Notes under the pieces: model-generated
Seen by the model: the letters and a program-made list of their open reading frames with translations, nothing else
The model's database searches: none
What the model was told of the DNA's origin: nothing
Part shown: positions 8,987-17,904 of the stretch, piece after piece
How the letters are laid out: each line of letters starts with the position of its first letter
How positions within the stretch are numbered: the first letter of the stretch is position 1
DNA from: a virus
UHGV virus genome: UHGV-1371743
Length of the DNA: 62,614 nucleotides
Reading direction: 5' to 3' (one strand)
Translations under genes and position numbers: made by a program

Positions 8987-9604
8987 ATGTGTAACATGAA
9001 CAAAATTTTAGAAAAAGCAAAAGAATTAGTAGCAATGTTGGAGGAAAAGGAAATATCGGATAAAGTTGAACTTTCCACAGTTTCTCCGGGCTGTGTGATT
9101 GACCTTGGGGAAGATGAATTTGTGGTGTTAGACCATGATGATGGCGGAACATTGATTATTTCAAAGGGTTTCATGGAAGAAAATGTGAAATTTGGTGATA
9201 ACACTGATTTCAATGGTTCTAATGTGCAGCGTGTGTTGTATGAAGATATTCTTCCGAAGATTGAAGCAACTGTTGGAAAAGACAATGTTCTTTCACAGAC
9301 TGTGAAATTAACAACAGTTGATAATCAGAATATTTATGAAGATGTGACTGGAAGAATCCGGTTACTGACATTTGATGAAGTTAGAAAATACAATCCGTTG
9401 ATCGTGAATAAAGATTTGGATGATTATTGGTGGACAATGACTCCGTGGACAAGCAATGATAGATGGAAATATCCAATCGCCGTTGTTTCGCCGGTTGGCG
9501 GCATCTACGACTGGTTCTACTATGGCAGCAACGGTGTTCGCCCGGTTTTGTATCTTAAATCTAATATCTTTGTATCTTTGGGAGGAAAATTCGATGAGAA
9601 ATAA
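8987..9604 (+). CDS. DGR target protein 1 (DUF1566/C-type-lectin-fold-like, VR1 at C-terminus)
   Basis: C-terminal 'RLLTFDEVRKY...YWWTMTPW...AVVSPVGGIYDWFYYGSNGVRPV' fits the DUF1566/CLec pattern. Its 3' end is a near-copy of the TR that differs only at TR adenines. Confidence 0.7.
   Translation: MCNMNKILEKAKELVAMLEEKEISDKVELSTVSPGCVIDLGEDEFVVLDHDDGGTLIISKGFMEENVKFGDNTDFNGSNVQRVLYEDILPKIEATVGKDNVLSQTVKLTTVDNQNIYEDVTGRIRLLTFDEVRKYNPLIVNKDLDDYWWTMTPWTSNDRWKYPIAVVSPVGGIYDWFYYGSNGVRPVLYLKSNIFVSLGGKFDEK
9480..9544 (+). repeat. DGR variable repeat VR1
   Basis: 65-nt alignment to TR 10611..10675 gives 10 mismatches, all at TR adenine positions. Confidence 0.8.
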
Positions 9605-10211
9605 ACTTGAGCAAAAATTAAATGAACTGGAACGGAAGTTAGACGACGGTTTAAATGAATTAAAAAAGTTAAAAGCAAAATTAGAAGCGGAAAAGCTCGC
9701 AGGATTAAAAATCGGAGATACCTTTGAATTAATTGGGAAAAAATGGAAGATTCTGGATTCGAATGAAAATGACATGCTATGCATTTGTATGGAATCTCTA
9801 GGAGATAAAACATTTGATTCAGAATGCAACAAATGGACATCAAGTAATTTAAGAAATTATCTCAATACAGAAATATATAAAAAAATCTGTGAAGAAATTG
9901 GTGAAGAGAATGTGATTGAGTTTGAACGCAATCTGTTGTCTCTTGATGGTCAAACAGAGTACGGAGCTTGCAAAGATTTTGTTTCATTGATTTCGATTGA
10001 TGAATACAGAACGTATCGAAGTCTGATTCCAAATTTTGATGAATGGTGGTGGATGCTTTCACCGTATAGCACAAAATGTAACGAGGATTCAAGTTATGTT
10101 TCCGTTGTTTCGCCGGTTGGCGGCATCAACTTCGGGAACTACGTTAACAGCATCGGTGTTCGCCCAGTTTGTATCTTTTCATCTACGCTCTTTGAATCAG
10201 AGGATGAGTAA
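9594..10211 (+). CDS. DGR target protein 2 (paralog of target 1; N-terminal coiled coil; VR2 at C-terminus)
   Basis: ATG at 9594 with a GGAGG RBS, in the same frame as listed ORF 9456..10211. C-terminal 'WWWMLSPY...VVSPVGGINFGNYVNSIGVRPV'. Confidence 0.7.
   Translation: MRNKLEQKLNELERKLDDGLNELKKLKAKLEAEKLAGLKIGDTFELIGKKWKILDSNENDMLCICMESLGDKTFDSECNKWTSSNLRNYLNTEIYKKICEEIGEENVIEFERNLLSLDGQTEYGACKDFVSLISIDEYRTYRSLIPNFDEWWWMLSPYSTKCNEDSSYVSVVSPVGGINFGNYVNSIGVRPVCIFSSTLFESEDE
10102..10166 (+). repeat. DGR variable repeat VR2
   Basis: 65-nt alignment to the TR gives 7 mismatches, all at TR adenines (A to G or T). Confidence 0.8.
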
Positions 10212-10583
10212 ATGGCAGAAACAGAGTTGCAGGTAATTTTAAAAGCAATGGAACTTTCCGAGCATACATTGAGACTGACATCGAACTGTAACCGTTATCC
10301 AAAAAAATATCGGTTTTCACTTGTAGATAAAATGCAAAATAAATGTCTTTGTATCTACGAATCGTTGATGGAAGCAAACCGGACTGACATAAGAGAATAT
10401 AAACGTGAACGTATGGAATTGCAGACCAAAGCGATTACATATTGCGATGAGATGTTGTTTTATATCGAATTATCTATGAAACTAAACATCATCAATACAA
10501 AAAGCATGGAATATTGGTCGAAAATGGTAAAAGATATTAAACACATGACGATCGCTTGGAGGAAGAAAGATAGAGGAAGATAG
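10212..10583 (+). CDS. avd: DGR accessory variability determinant (Avd-like four-helix-bundle protein)
   Basis: 123 aa basic helical protein sitting between the target genes and the TR, as in the canonical target-avd-TR-RT layout. The 'NRYPKKYRF...LCIYESL' region resembles the Avd family. Confidence 0.6.
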   Translation: MAETELQVILKAMELSEHTLRLTSNCNRYPKKYRFSLVDKMQNKCLCIYESLMEANRTDIREYKRERMELQTKAITYCDEMLFYIELSMKLNIINTKSMEYWSKMVKDIKHMTIAWRKKDRGR

Positions 10584-10610
10584 TAAAATCATAGGTTATA
10601 TATCGTTAAA

Positions 10611-10675
10611 CCGTTGTTTCGCCGGTTGGCGACATCAACAACAGGAACTACAATAACAGCAACGGTGTTCGCCCA
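10611..10675 (+). repeat. DGR template repeat (TR), non-coding, A-rich (AAC-type codons in the VR frame)
   Basis: Intergenic copy of the VRs. In the VR frame it contains gac/aac aac agg/aac tac aat aac agc aac, and the adenines are exactly the positions that differ in VR1 and VR2. Confidence 0.8.
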
Positions 10676-10737
10676 TTCTGTATTACAGACAGTCGGAGTA
10701 GGCAGCAAGCTGAAACCAGAGAAAGAGATACAAAAAG

Positions 10738-11808
10738 ATGTATGACCTTCCCCAAATGGGTAAATACAAAGGAGTTTATGAAATGGACAAGGACATTATT
10801 ACGAATTTTGAAAATCTGTACCGCGCTTATAAAAAAGCGAAACTTGGTAAAAGTCATAATGGAAGTTGTGCAAGATTTCAAAATATGAGTCTTGAGGGAA
10901 TTCATCTGCTGAAAGAACAATTAGAAAACCAGACGTATCAGATTGGAAAGTACAGTCAGTTTAAGATTTATGAGCCAAAAGAGCGAGTGATAATGTCCTG
11001 CTCATTCAAAGATAAGGTTGTTCAGCATTGTTTGTGTGATAATATCTTGCATCCACGATTGCAAAATGTGTTCATTGAAACTAATTCTGCCGGGCAAGTT
11101 GGTAAAGGTACGTTATTCGGTATGGATAAGTTGAAAGAACAAATGCTGGCATTCTATAGAGAACATAGAATAGACGGTTGGATTTTGAAATGCGACATTG
11201 CAAAATTCTTTTACAGTATCAACCATGAGGTCTTGAAAGATATTGTGGATTACTATTTTCCGAATAGTTATACAACATGGTTGAACCACTTGTTTATTGA
11301 TAGCACGAACGGTTTTGGACTTCCACTAGGAAATCAAGTTGCACAAGTATATGCCTTAATGATGTTGGACTGCATTGATCATATGATAACTGGAGAGCTT
11401 GGAATCAGATATTACGGTCGATATATGGATGATTTCTATTTGATACACTACGATAAATCATATTTGAAATACTGCCTTCTTTATATAGAAGAAATGGTTT
11501 CAAGTTTAGGATTATCACTGAATGGGAAAACACAAATTTGTCCGTTCAAAAATGGTATTCGGTATCTTGGGTTTCATCATTATATGACGAAAGATGGAAA
11601 ATATATTCGACGGTTGAATTCCGAAAATAAACGTAGAGCGAAGAAGAAAGTCAGAAATATGTTGCGATTGTTAAAAGCAAGGAAAATAAGTGAGAAAGAA
11701 TTTCAAAATAAGTACGGTTCGTGGAAGAATCATGCCTCACATGGAAATACAGTGAAGCTGGTACATTCAATGGATTTGCACATAAAATCAGAGATTGAGA
11801 AAGGATAG
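10738..11808 (+). CDS. DGR-type reverse transcriptase (start may be the ATG at 10783 with an AAAGGAG RBS)
   Basis: RT motifs present: 'YEPKERVIMSCSFKDKVVQHCL', 'DIAKFFYSINHEVL', DGR-style motif 4 'GLPLGNQVAQVYA', 'YGRYMDDF', and 'GLSLNGKTQICPF...RYLGFH'. Confidence 0.85.
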   Translation: MYDLPQMGKYKGVYEMDKDIITNFENLYRAYKKAKLGKSHNGSCARFQNMSLEGIHLLKEQLENQTYQIGKYSQFKIYEPKERVIMSCSFKDKVVQHCLCDNILHPRLQNVFIETNSAGQVGKGTLFGMDKLKEQMLAFYREHRIDGWILKCDIAKFFYSINHEVLKDIVDYYFPNSYTTWLNHLFIDSTNGFGLPLGNQVAQVYALMMLDCIDHMITGELGIRYYGRYMDDFYLIHYDKSYLKYCLLYIEEMVSSLGLSLNGKTQICPFKNGIRYLGFHHYMTKDGKYIRRLNSENKRRAKKKVRNMLRLLKARKISEKEFQNKYGSWKNHASHGNTVKLVHSMDLHIKSEIEKG

Positions 11809-11851
11809 GTTATATAAAACGGTAATTTTATGATAACGGAGTACCTCTGAA

Positions 11852-12358
11852 ATGAGCGGCTGGATAAAAATACATAGAGACATTTTGTATCACGAAATAT
11901 GGAGTGATAAGCCATTTTCAAAAGGGCAGGCGTGGATAGACCTTATTCTACTGGCGAATCATTCAGACAATAAATGCATGGTCGGGAATAAGGTGGAAGA
12001 AGTTAAACGTGGTAGTTTTATCACATCAGAATTGAAATTGATGGACAGATGGGGATGGGGCAGAAAAAAGGTTCAGTTGTTCTTGAAGTTTCTGGAAAGT
12101 GAATCCATGATTGTCCGAAGTGCGAACAACAAAAGAACAGCAATAACCATTGTGAATTATGATGTTTATCAATATCAGGGAACATCAAAAGAACAACAAA
12201 AGAACAACAAAGGAACATCAAAAGCACACAAACAAGAAAGAAAGAATGAAAAGAATGTAAGAAATTATAATAATTTCGAGCGTAGGAAGTACGACATGGA
12301 TTCACTAGAAAGTAAGTTGATGGAGGTGAATATGAATGGCAAAATCAATAAAGCATAG
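11852..12358 (+). CDS. phage replisome organizer / DnaD-like N-terminal wHTH protein
   Basis: 'IKIHRDIL...KGQAWIDLILLANH' matches the replisome-organizer N-terminal region. The C-terminus is low-complexity K/N/Q-rich. Confidence 0.5.
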   Translation: MSGWIKIHRDILYHEIWSDKPFSKGQAWIDLILLANHSDNKCMVGNKVEEVKRGSFITSELKLMDRWGWGRKKVQLFLKFLESESMIVRSANNKRTAITIVNYDVYQYQGTSKEQQKNNKGTSKAHKQERKNEKNVRNYNNFERRKYDMDSLESKLMEVNMNGKINKA

Positions 12359-12832
12359 TTTCAATGGAAGTCCAAGGAAACAGTCGATAGGATACAAGAC
12401 TGGTAATATGGCAGCTTTTATGTATGCCGGTTCAAAACGAAAGAGAAAGAAAAGGGTGAAAGGAAAATGAACTGGGTGAACAAAGCACATAAGAGAATAG
12501 AAAAGCAAAAATCTGACGAAAAGTATAGTAAGGATTTGAGAAATGCATTAGATTTATTCTTCTTGATCACAGCAGACTATCTGCACAGGCATGAGTGATA
12601 TTCAAAAAAGAGACTTATTAGGTTCATCGATTTTGCAGTTCAACAACTGCATTACGCGGAAGAAGATAGTAACTACTTTCTCTTGATGAATGAAGCGTTA
12701 TGTGACGAAACCGGGATAAATGTTTTAAAGGGATTTGTGAGAAAGAAAAAGAAATATAAGAAGTGACAACAGGAATTTTGATACTGGCAGCGTTTCTGAT
12801 CGGAGCAATGGTCGGGTACTGCTGCGGAAAGG

Positions 12833-13354
12833 ATGAATAATATGGAAAAGGAATTTACAAAAGCAGATTTGAAAGATGGTATGGTGATTGAAACAAGAGA
12901 AAGAGGAAGATACCTTGTGCTTGGAAATATAGTTGTAAGAAATGGTGGTTACAACAGGTTAAGCAGATATGGGGATGATTTAAAAGAACATTCATTTCAC
13001 AATAAAGCATATGACATTGTTAGAGTTTTTAAGGTAAGGAATGATTGCTCGAGCAATTTAGAAGGTCTACTTGAAGATTGCAATCTTGAAATTATCTGGG
13101 ATCGCAAAGAAACCAAGCGCATGACTGCCGAAGCAATGCGACAGAAGTTGGAAGAACTGACAGGAGAGAAGATTGAGGTTGAACCAAGTAGAGAAGAGAT
13201 GATTGGTGCGTGTTATGAGTTCTGCAATAAAAGAAAATGTTTGAGCACATGTGCTTTGAGAGATAGCGGAACTTGCACTTTTAGAAACTATTCCGATGAA
13301 CAATTAAAAGAATGCTACGAGAAGGCGATGAAAGATGAACGAAAAGAAAGTTAG
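12833..13354 (+). CDS. hypothetical protein
   Basis: 173 aa ORF. Confidence 0.35.
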   Translation: MNNMEKEFTKADLKDGMVIETRERGRYLVLGNIVVRNGGYNRLSRYGDDLKEHSFHNKAYDIVRVFKVRNDCSSNLEGLLEDCNLEIIWDRKETKRMTAEAMRQKLEELTGEKIEVEPSREEMIGACYEFCNKRKCLSTCALRDSGTCTFRNYSDEQLKECYEKAMKDERKES

Positions 13355-13631
13355 AGAAGCGATATATTGCATGAAGTCATTTGCAGACGATACAGTGTGT
13401 GAAGAGTGCGATAACTATGATAGATGTGATCATACAATGGTTGCCGATAATGCCAGAACTGCAATCGAAGCACTGGAAAAGCAGTTGCCAAAGGAAGCAG
13501 TAAAAAGAAGTCTGGTCAAAGATAATGGTATCGTTGTTGGACCTGTTGGCAGATGTCCTTGTTGCAATGAAATTATTGATGATACTATGACGGTTTGTGA
13601 TTGTGGACAGAAGATTGATTGGTCGGAATAA
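13335..13631 (+). CDS. hypothetical Cys-rich (zinc-ribbon-like) protein
   Basis: 'CEECDNYDRCDH' and 'CPCCNE...CDCG' motifs. Confidence 0.35.
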   Translation: MNEKKVREAIYCMKSFADDTVCEECDNYDRCDHTMVADNARTAIEALEKQLPKEAVKRSLVKDNGIVVGPVGRCPCCNEIIDDTMTVCDCGQKIDWSE

Positions 13632-13681
13632 TATATTTGAGTTCCCTGCGAGTGACTGTTGGGAACGGAAAGGTGGAAAAT

Positions 13682-13954
13682 ATGAAATTATATGTATGCA
13701 GTAATAGCACAAATGGAATAAAAAATATTGACGGTATTTATTATTTGATTACGGAAGAAGGAGAATGTTTAGCATCTCATTTGTGTTCTTCTAAGTATTA
13801 TGCAAAAGGTGATTTATACGAGAACAGACCAGAAAGAATTAAAAAATATACAGAACGTTTTGGTAAATGCAAATGTTTGTATCTTGGAGAAGACGATATG
13901 ACTTTTGAGAAACTTCTTGAATTAAATTACAAGTTCGCACAGGAAGAAAAATAA
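13682..13954 (+). CDS. hypothetical protein
   Basis: ATG with an 'aaggtgg' RBS, trimmed from ORF 13619..13954. Confidence 0.3.
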   Translation: MKLYVCSNSTNGIKNIDGIYYLITEEGECLASHLCSSKYYAKGDLYENRPERIKKYTERFGKCKCLYLGEDDMTFEKLLELNYKFAQEEK

Positions 13955-14056
13955 GTGAGTAAATTGAGTTTCCTTGGAGAATCTGTAGAACCAGAAGATG
14001 CCGAGGTTATCGGAAACATTTTCGATAATCAGGAGTTGTTGGAGGTGGAGAGATAA

Positions 14057-14338
14057 ATGAAAGCACCTAAAGAAATAGCAAGTAAAGCAGAAAGATATAA
14101 GGAGCTAAAAAAAGAAATAGATAAACTTTATGAAGAATTGGAAGAGTTTGCTAATGAAAATGGTTTTGAGGATTTTTGGATAGACGGTTTTGGGGTATCT
14201 CAAGAACCAAACGGAGAAGAACAAACAGATGGAGAATATTGTGACCAATGGATGCGCGGGGAAGATTCCGGAGATGGAATATATTACTATCCGATTGAAG
14301 GAAGTACGCAATATTTTTGGGTAGCATATTCATTTTGA
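14057..14338 (+). CDS. hypothetical acidic protein
   Basis: 93 aa ORF with a GGAGGTGGAG RBS. Confidence 0.3.
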   Translation: MKAPKEIASKAERYKELKKEIDKLYEELEEFANENGFEDFWIDGFGVSQEPNGEEQTDGEYCDQWMRGEDSGDGIYYYPIEGSTQYFWVAYSF

Positions 14339-14352
14339 TTGGAGGTGAAGTG

Positions 14353-14841
14353 ATGCTAAAACCAGCGCAATTATACAAAGAGAAATTAGAAAAACTTTTT
14401 TTGAGGACATGGTACGACCTTAAATATATGTTCTATAGCGGATGGACAGGGAGCGAACTACCAACAATTCCTGACAATAATTATGACGCTCATCATTTCG
14501 CATCAGTTGATAACAATGGAAATGTGATTGGGTACATATCTTATCGTATAAGTTGGATAACAATGAGTGCAGATAACTTCGGAATTATAAGTTTTGGAAA
14601 TCATATAGAGTTCGCAAGAGATGTTTATAAAGTGATTTGTGATTTATTTGAAAAACACGGCATGAATAGAGTATCATGGAGTGCATTTGTCGAGAACCCA
14701 GCAGTTAAAGGATATAGAAATTTTATTAAAAAGCATGGCGGTAGAGAGTGTGCTTATCATAGACAGGTTGCAAAACTACTGGATGGAAAGTTGCATGACG
14801 ATGTGGAATTCGAGATTTTAGCATGTGAATTTAAGAAATAG
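14353..14841 (+). CDS. GNAT-like acetyltransferase fold protein (tentative)
   Basis: 'HGMNRVSWSAFVENPAVKGYRNFIKKHGGRE' resembles the GNAT acetyl-CoA binding region. GGAGGTG RBS. Confidence 0.4.
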   Translation: MLKPAQLYKEKLEKLFLRTWYDLKYMFYSGWTGSELPTIPDNNYDAHHFASVDNNGNVIGYISYRISWITMSADNFGIISFGNHIEFARDVYKVICDLFEKHGMNRVSWSAFVENPAVKGYRNFIKKHGGRECAYHRQVAKLLDGKLHDDVEFEILACEFKK

Positions 14842-14856
14842 TTTGTTGGAGGTGGA

Positions 14857-15081
14857 GTGATGAAAATTCCGAAGAAAGTTCAAAGACTTATTGACCGGCG
14901 CGAGAAACTTGCAAAGAATTTGATTGACGTATGTAATGAATTAGACACATGGCTTGAAAAGAATGGCGCAGATTTTAATGATTCTGATTTGGTGGACAGC
15001 ACGGTGACAGGATGCAGGATTTATTGTGAGCCGGAAAATGCAAAAAGTGATGTTGAAGATTATATAAAAAATAGAATGTGA
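14857..15081 (+). CDS. hypothetical protein
   Basis: 74 aa ORF with a GGAGGTGGAG RBS. Confidence 0.3.
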   Translation: MMKIPKKVQRLIDRREKLAKNLIDVCNELDTWLEKNGADFNDSDLVDSTVTGCRIYCEPENAKSDVEDYIKNRM

Positions 15082-15095
15082 ATTATACTTAGGAG

Positions 15096-15728
15096 ATGAA
15101 CTATATGGAAATATTAGAGAAGATTTTGGAAGAGGTAACGCAATATACAAAAGATGTATACGAATGCGATCTTGACGATATCGTTGAGTATCAAAGAAGA
15201 AACAAAGAGGATAAATGTACATATATTGTACAAGGAATTGAAGAAGCAACAGAGTTTATCCGTTCACACATGGATGAAACTATTTCTGAAATGGAAAAAG
15301 TTGAAAAAGAGAAAGTAACAAGCGCAGAGATAATAACCAGACAAATTGATGGAAAACCATATTATCATATTAAGTTTAAAAAAGTCGGTGAAGATGAATA
15401 CACCATAGGGTATAGTTCTTTCAAATTGGATTATGTTGTTAAATGGCTTAATGATTACTTTGAGTTTTACGGAGAAGCAAAGGTATCTTGTGATGATAAC
15501 GGTTGGATTCCGGTACAAGGGCGGTTACCGGAAGATAATCATAAAGGAATCTATGATATGCAACTGGTTACTCTTGAAGATGGAGAAGTATGTATGGGAG
15601 TGTATAATAATCGCGAAAAAGAATGGTGGACTAGAAAACAAGAGGGAGAAAGATGGTATACAAATAAGCATAATGTTATTGCATGGCAACCTCTTCCAGA
15701 ACCATACAAGGAGGAAAAGAAATGCTGA
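15096..15728 (+). CDS. DUF551-like phage protein
   Basis: C-terminal 'DDNGWIPVQGRLPEDN...VIAWQPLPEPYK' resembles DUF551. Confidence 0.5.
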   Translation: MNYMEILEKILEEVTQYTKDVYECDLDDIVEYQRRNKEDKCTYIVQGIEEATEFIRSHMDETISEMEKVEKEKVTSAEIITRQIDGKPYYHIKFKKVGEDEYTIGYSSFKLDYVVKWLNDYFEFYGEAKVSCDDNGWIPVQGRLPEDNHKGIYDMQLVTLEDGEVCMGVYNNREKEWWTRKQEGERWYTNKHNVIAWQPLPEPYKEEKKC

Positions 15729-15946
15729 GAAAGGCCAAAACAAACGAAGCACAGCGCCGGAAGCAGGCAGAGAGCATCCGGCAACGCGGAATTGAGCAGA
15801 TGGCAGAGCATGATCCATCCGCGACGGCAAAGCGTCAGATGAATCACAAGCCATATCAGGCTGCGGTGCTGATCCGGGAGCAGGGAGAGCAGATGCGAAG
15901 AGAAACAGCAGAATCTTGGTTAAAACGAAAAAATGTATTAATTTAA
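15722..15946 (+). CDS. hypothetical basic protein
   Basis: ATG with an AGGAGG RBS, trimmed from ORF 15683..15946. Confidence 0.3.
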   Translation: MLRKAKTNEAQRRKQAESIRQRGIEQMAEHDPSATAKRQMNHKPYQAAVLIREQGEQMRRETAESWLKRKNVLI

Positions 15947-15966
15947 TAGAAAGGAACTTAAGGCTT

Positions 15967-16200
15967 ATGAGATTAGGAAAGTATTTATCCTCATTGACTA
16001 AGCCGGAACTTGAAGAATTAAGAGATTTATTAAATTTATCCGATGATGAATATCCGATTTTTGAAGAATTATCTCACGGTAGAAGCAAAGTATATATTTC
16101 CGATCAATGTAAAATATGTGTTTCTACCGTGGATAATCGGATAAGAGCAATTCGGAAGAAATTAGAACGGTTACAGAATGGTGGTGTTACCGGTGGCTGA
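15967..16200 (+). CDS. sigma-70 region-4-like small transcriptional regulator (RinA/ArpU-like, tentative)
   Basis: 'ISDQCKICVSTVDNRIRAIRKKL' is an HTH resembling sigma region 4. Confidence 0.4.
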   Translation: MRLGKYLSSLTKPELEELRDLLNLSDDEYPIFEELSHGRSKVYISDQCKICVSTVDNRIRAIRKKLERLQNGGVTGG

Positions 16201-17404
16201 GTTATCAAAAGCTGAATTATTGAATTATGCGGTAGAAAATGGTATAGTTGATATCAACACCATAACCAAGCAAATTGAGATGAATGAAAGAAAAAAATAT
16301 CTTGAAATGCACAAATATGAAATTTGGCAAGGGGAAAAAGACAACAAATGGTATACTTACTTGCCGGATGATAAGAAAGGGAGGCGTTTACTAAAGCGGA
16401 TTTCGTTGGAGTCGCTGCAAGAGTGTATTATTTCCTATTATAAAGAAGAAAAATATAATCCAACGGTATATGATATTTTTAAGGAGTGGATTGACGGTAA
16501 ATTAGATCGTGACGAAATACAAAAATCTACTTGGGATAGATATTACAGACAATACGATGAAAGCATGAGGGACTTTGGAAAAAGAAGAATAAAATCCATT
16601 GAGGAATGTGACATTGAAGATTTTATACTTTCTGCTATCCATGAGAACGAGTTGACTTCAAAAGGGTATAGTAATCTACGGACATTAATTTATGGCACGT
16701 TTAAGAGGGCAAAAAAGAGAAAGCTGGTCGGATTTAGCATAACAGAAGTGATTTCAGATATGGAAATATCGAAAAAGAGTTTTAGAAAAAATATAAAACA
16801 AGACGAAGAGTTGGTATTTTCAGAAATTGAAAAGGACAAAATCATCAATCATATCAAGGATTCAGATATGGATATTATTTCTCTTGGTATACTTTTGTAT
16901 TTTAAAACCGGTATGAGACCAGGGGAACTAGTAGCGATAAAACAGTCGGACATCAATGAACGTGTTATACATATATGCAGAACTGAAATTTGCTACAAAA
17001 ATGAAAATAAAAAGAACGTATATGAGGTTCGTGATTTTCCTAAAACAGAAGCAGGGATACGCGATATAATTCTTCCCACCTCATCAAAATGGATTATTAA
17101 AAAAATAAAAATGATAAATCCTTTTGGGGAATATCTATTTGAATTAAACGGGAAAAGAATAAGAACATATAGTTTTACATCAAGATTAAAGTCAATATGC
17201 AAAAAGCTAGATATTAGTCCGAAGTCTTTAAATAAAATAAGAAAAACTTATGCCACCACTTTAATAGATAGTGGAGTAGAAGAGTCTTTGATTATATCTC
17301 AAATGGGACATACAGATATTGATACAACAAAAAAATATTATTACAAAAACAGAAAAAATCTGGAACAAAAAGAAAAGGCAATAGATATGGTTTCTAATCT
17401 ATAA
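16178..17404 (+). CDS. int: tyrosine site-specific integrase (start uncertain; alternative ATG at 16280)
   Basis: C-terminal catalytic region '...MGHTDIDTTKKYY' with the conserved Tyr, and a SAM-like N-terminal domain. Confidence 0.8.
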   Translation: MVVLPVAELSKAELLNYAVENGIVDINTITKQIEMNERKKYLEMHKYEIWQGEKDNKWYTYLPDDKKGRRLLKRISLESLQECIISYYKEEKYNPTVYDIFKEWIDGKLDRDEIQKSTWDRYYRQYDESMRDFGKRRIKSIEECDIEDFILSAIHENELTSKGYSNLRTLIYGTFKRAKKRKLVGFSITEVISDMEISKKSFRKNIKQDEELVFSEIEKDKIINHIKDSDMDIISLGILLYFKTGMRPGELVAIKQSDINERVIHICRTEICYKNENKKNVYEVRDFPKTEAGIRDIILPTSSKWIIKKIKMINPFGEYLFELNGKRIRTYSFTSRLKSICKKLDISPKSLNKIRKTYATTLIDSGVEESLIISQMGHTDIDTTKKYYYKNRKNLEQKEKAIDMVSNL

Positions 17405-17612
17405 AGTAATCAAAAAGTAATCAAAGGTAATCATAATAAAAACTGAAAAACCCTTATTTTTCAATGAATTTTGAGGTTTTGAAAGGGGTTCGATTCCCCT
17501 CGGAGTCACTTTTTTAAAGTGCTGAAAGCCTTGAAAATATGCGGGTTTTCAGCATTTTTTATTTTTTGAAAAAACAGAAGGTAATCAAAAAGGTAATCAA
17601 AAGCTAAAAGAA
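17405..17612. other. attP-like region: arm-type direct repeats GTAATCAAAR x3 (17405..17434) and x2 (17589..17612) flanking a tRNA 3'-end fragment (17484..17508)
   Basis: The fragment 'AGGGG-TTCGATT-CCCCT-CGGAGTC-A' forms a T-arm plus acceptor 3' strand with no 5' half present, and lies immediately downstream of int. Confidence 0.5.
17521..17567 (+). terminator. rho-independent terminator
   Basis: 'gctgaaa'...'tttcagc' stem followed by a T run. Confidence 0.6.
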
Positions 17613-17736
17613 AGGAAAATGGTTATGGTGTTCTTTTAGTTTTCCTTTAAGTAAAAAGTATATTGAATATTAAGCGAACGCTGTGTTAGTGCGTTCTTTT
17701 TTTATGCGAAAATTTAAGCATAAGGAGGTATATTTT

Positions 17737-17904
17737 ATGCTTACCGATGAATTTTTAGAAAGAGTTTTTGCGAACAAAGAAATGCAGAAAATGCCGATCG
17801 GTTGTCAATCGACCGCTGTTCATGCATTTCAAAAAGTTTTAGAAGATATGAAGGAGGAAAATCCTTATGCAGACTTATCCGCAATATTATCCTCAGATGA
17901 ATAA
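17737..17904 (+). CDS. hypothetical protein
   Basis: Strong 'taaggaggt' RBS, trimmed from ORF 17683..17904. An intrinsic terminator hairpin (17668..17695) sits just upstream. Confidence 0.3.
   Translation: MLTDEFLERVFANKEMQKMPIGCQSTAVHAFQKVLEDMKEENPYADLSAILSSDE

Noticed and set aside
10608-10690. Third copy of the VR-like sequence as a pseudogene remnant of a third target gene
   Set aside because: It is intergenic, A-enriched exactly at the variable positions, and positioned between avd and the RT. Template repeat is the better explanation.
17484-17508. A complete tRNA gene at the att site
   Set aside because: Only the T-arm and 3' acceptor strand are present. There is no matching 5' acceptor, D-arm or anticodon arm upstream, so it is a tRNA 3' fragment, the attP core.
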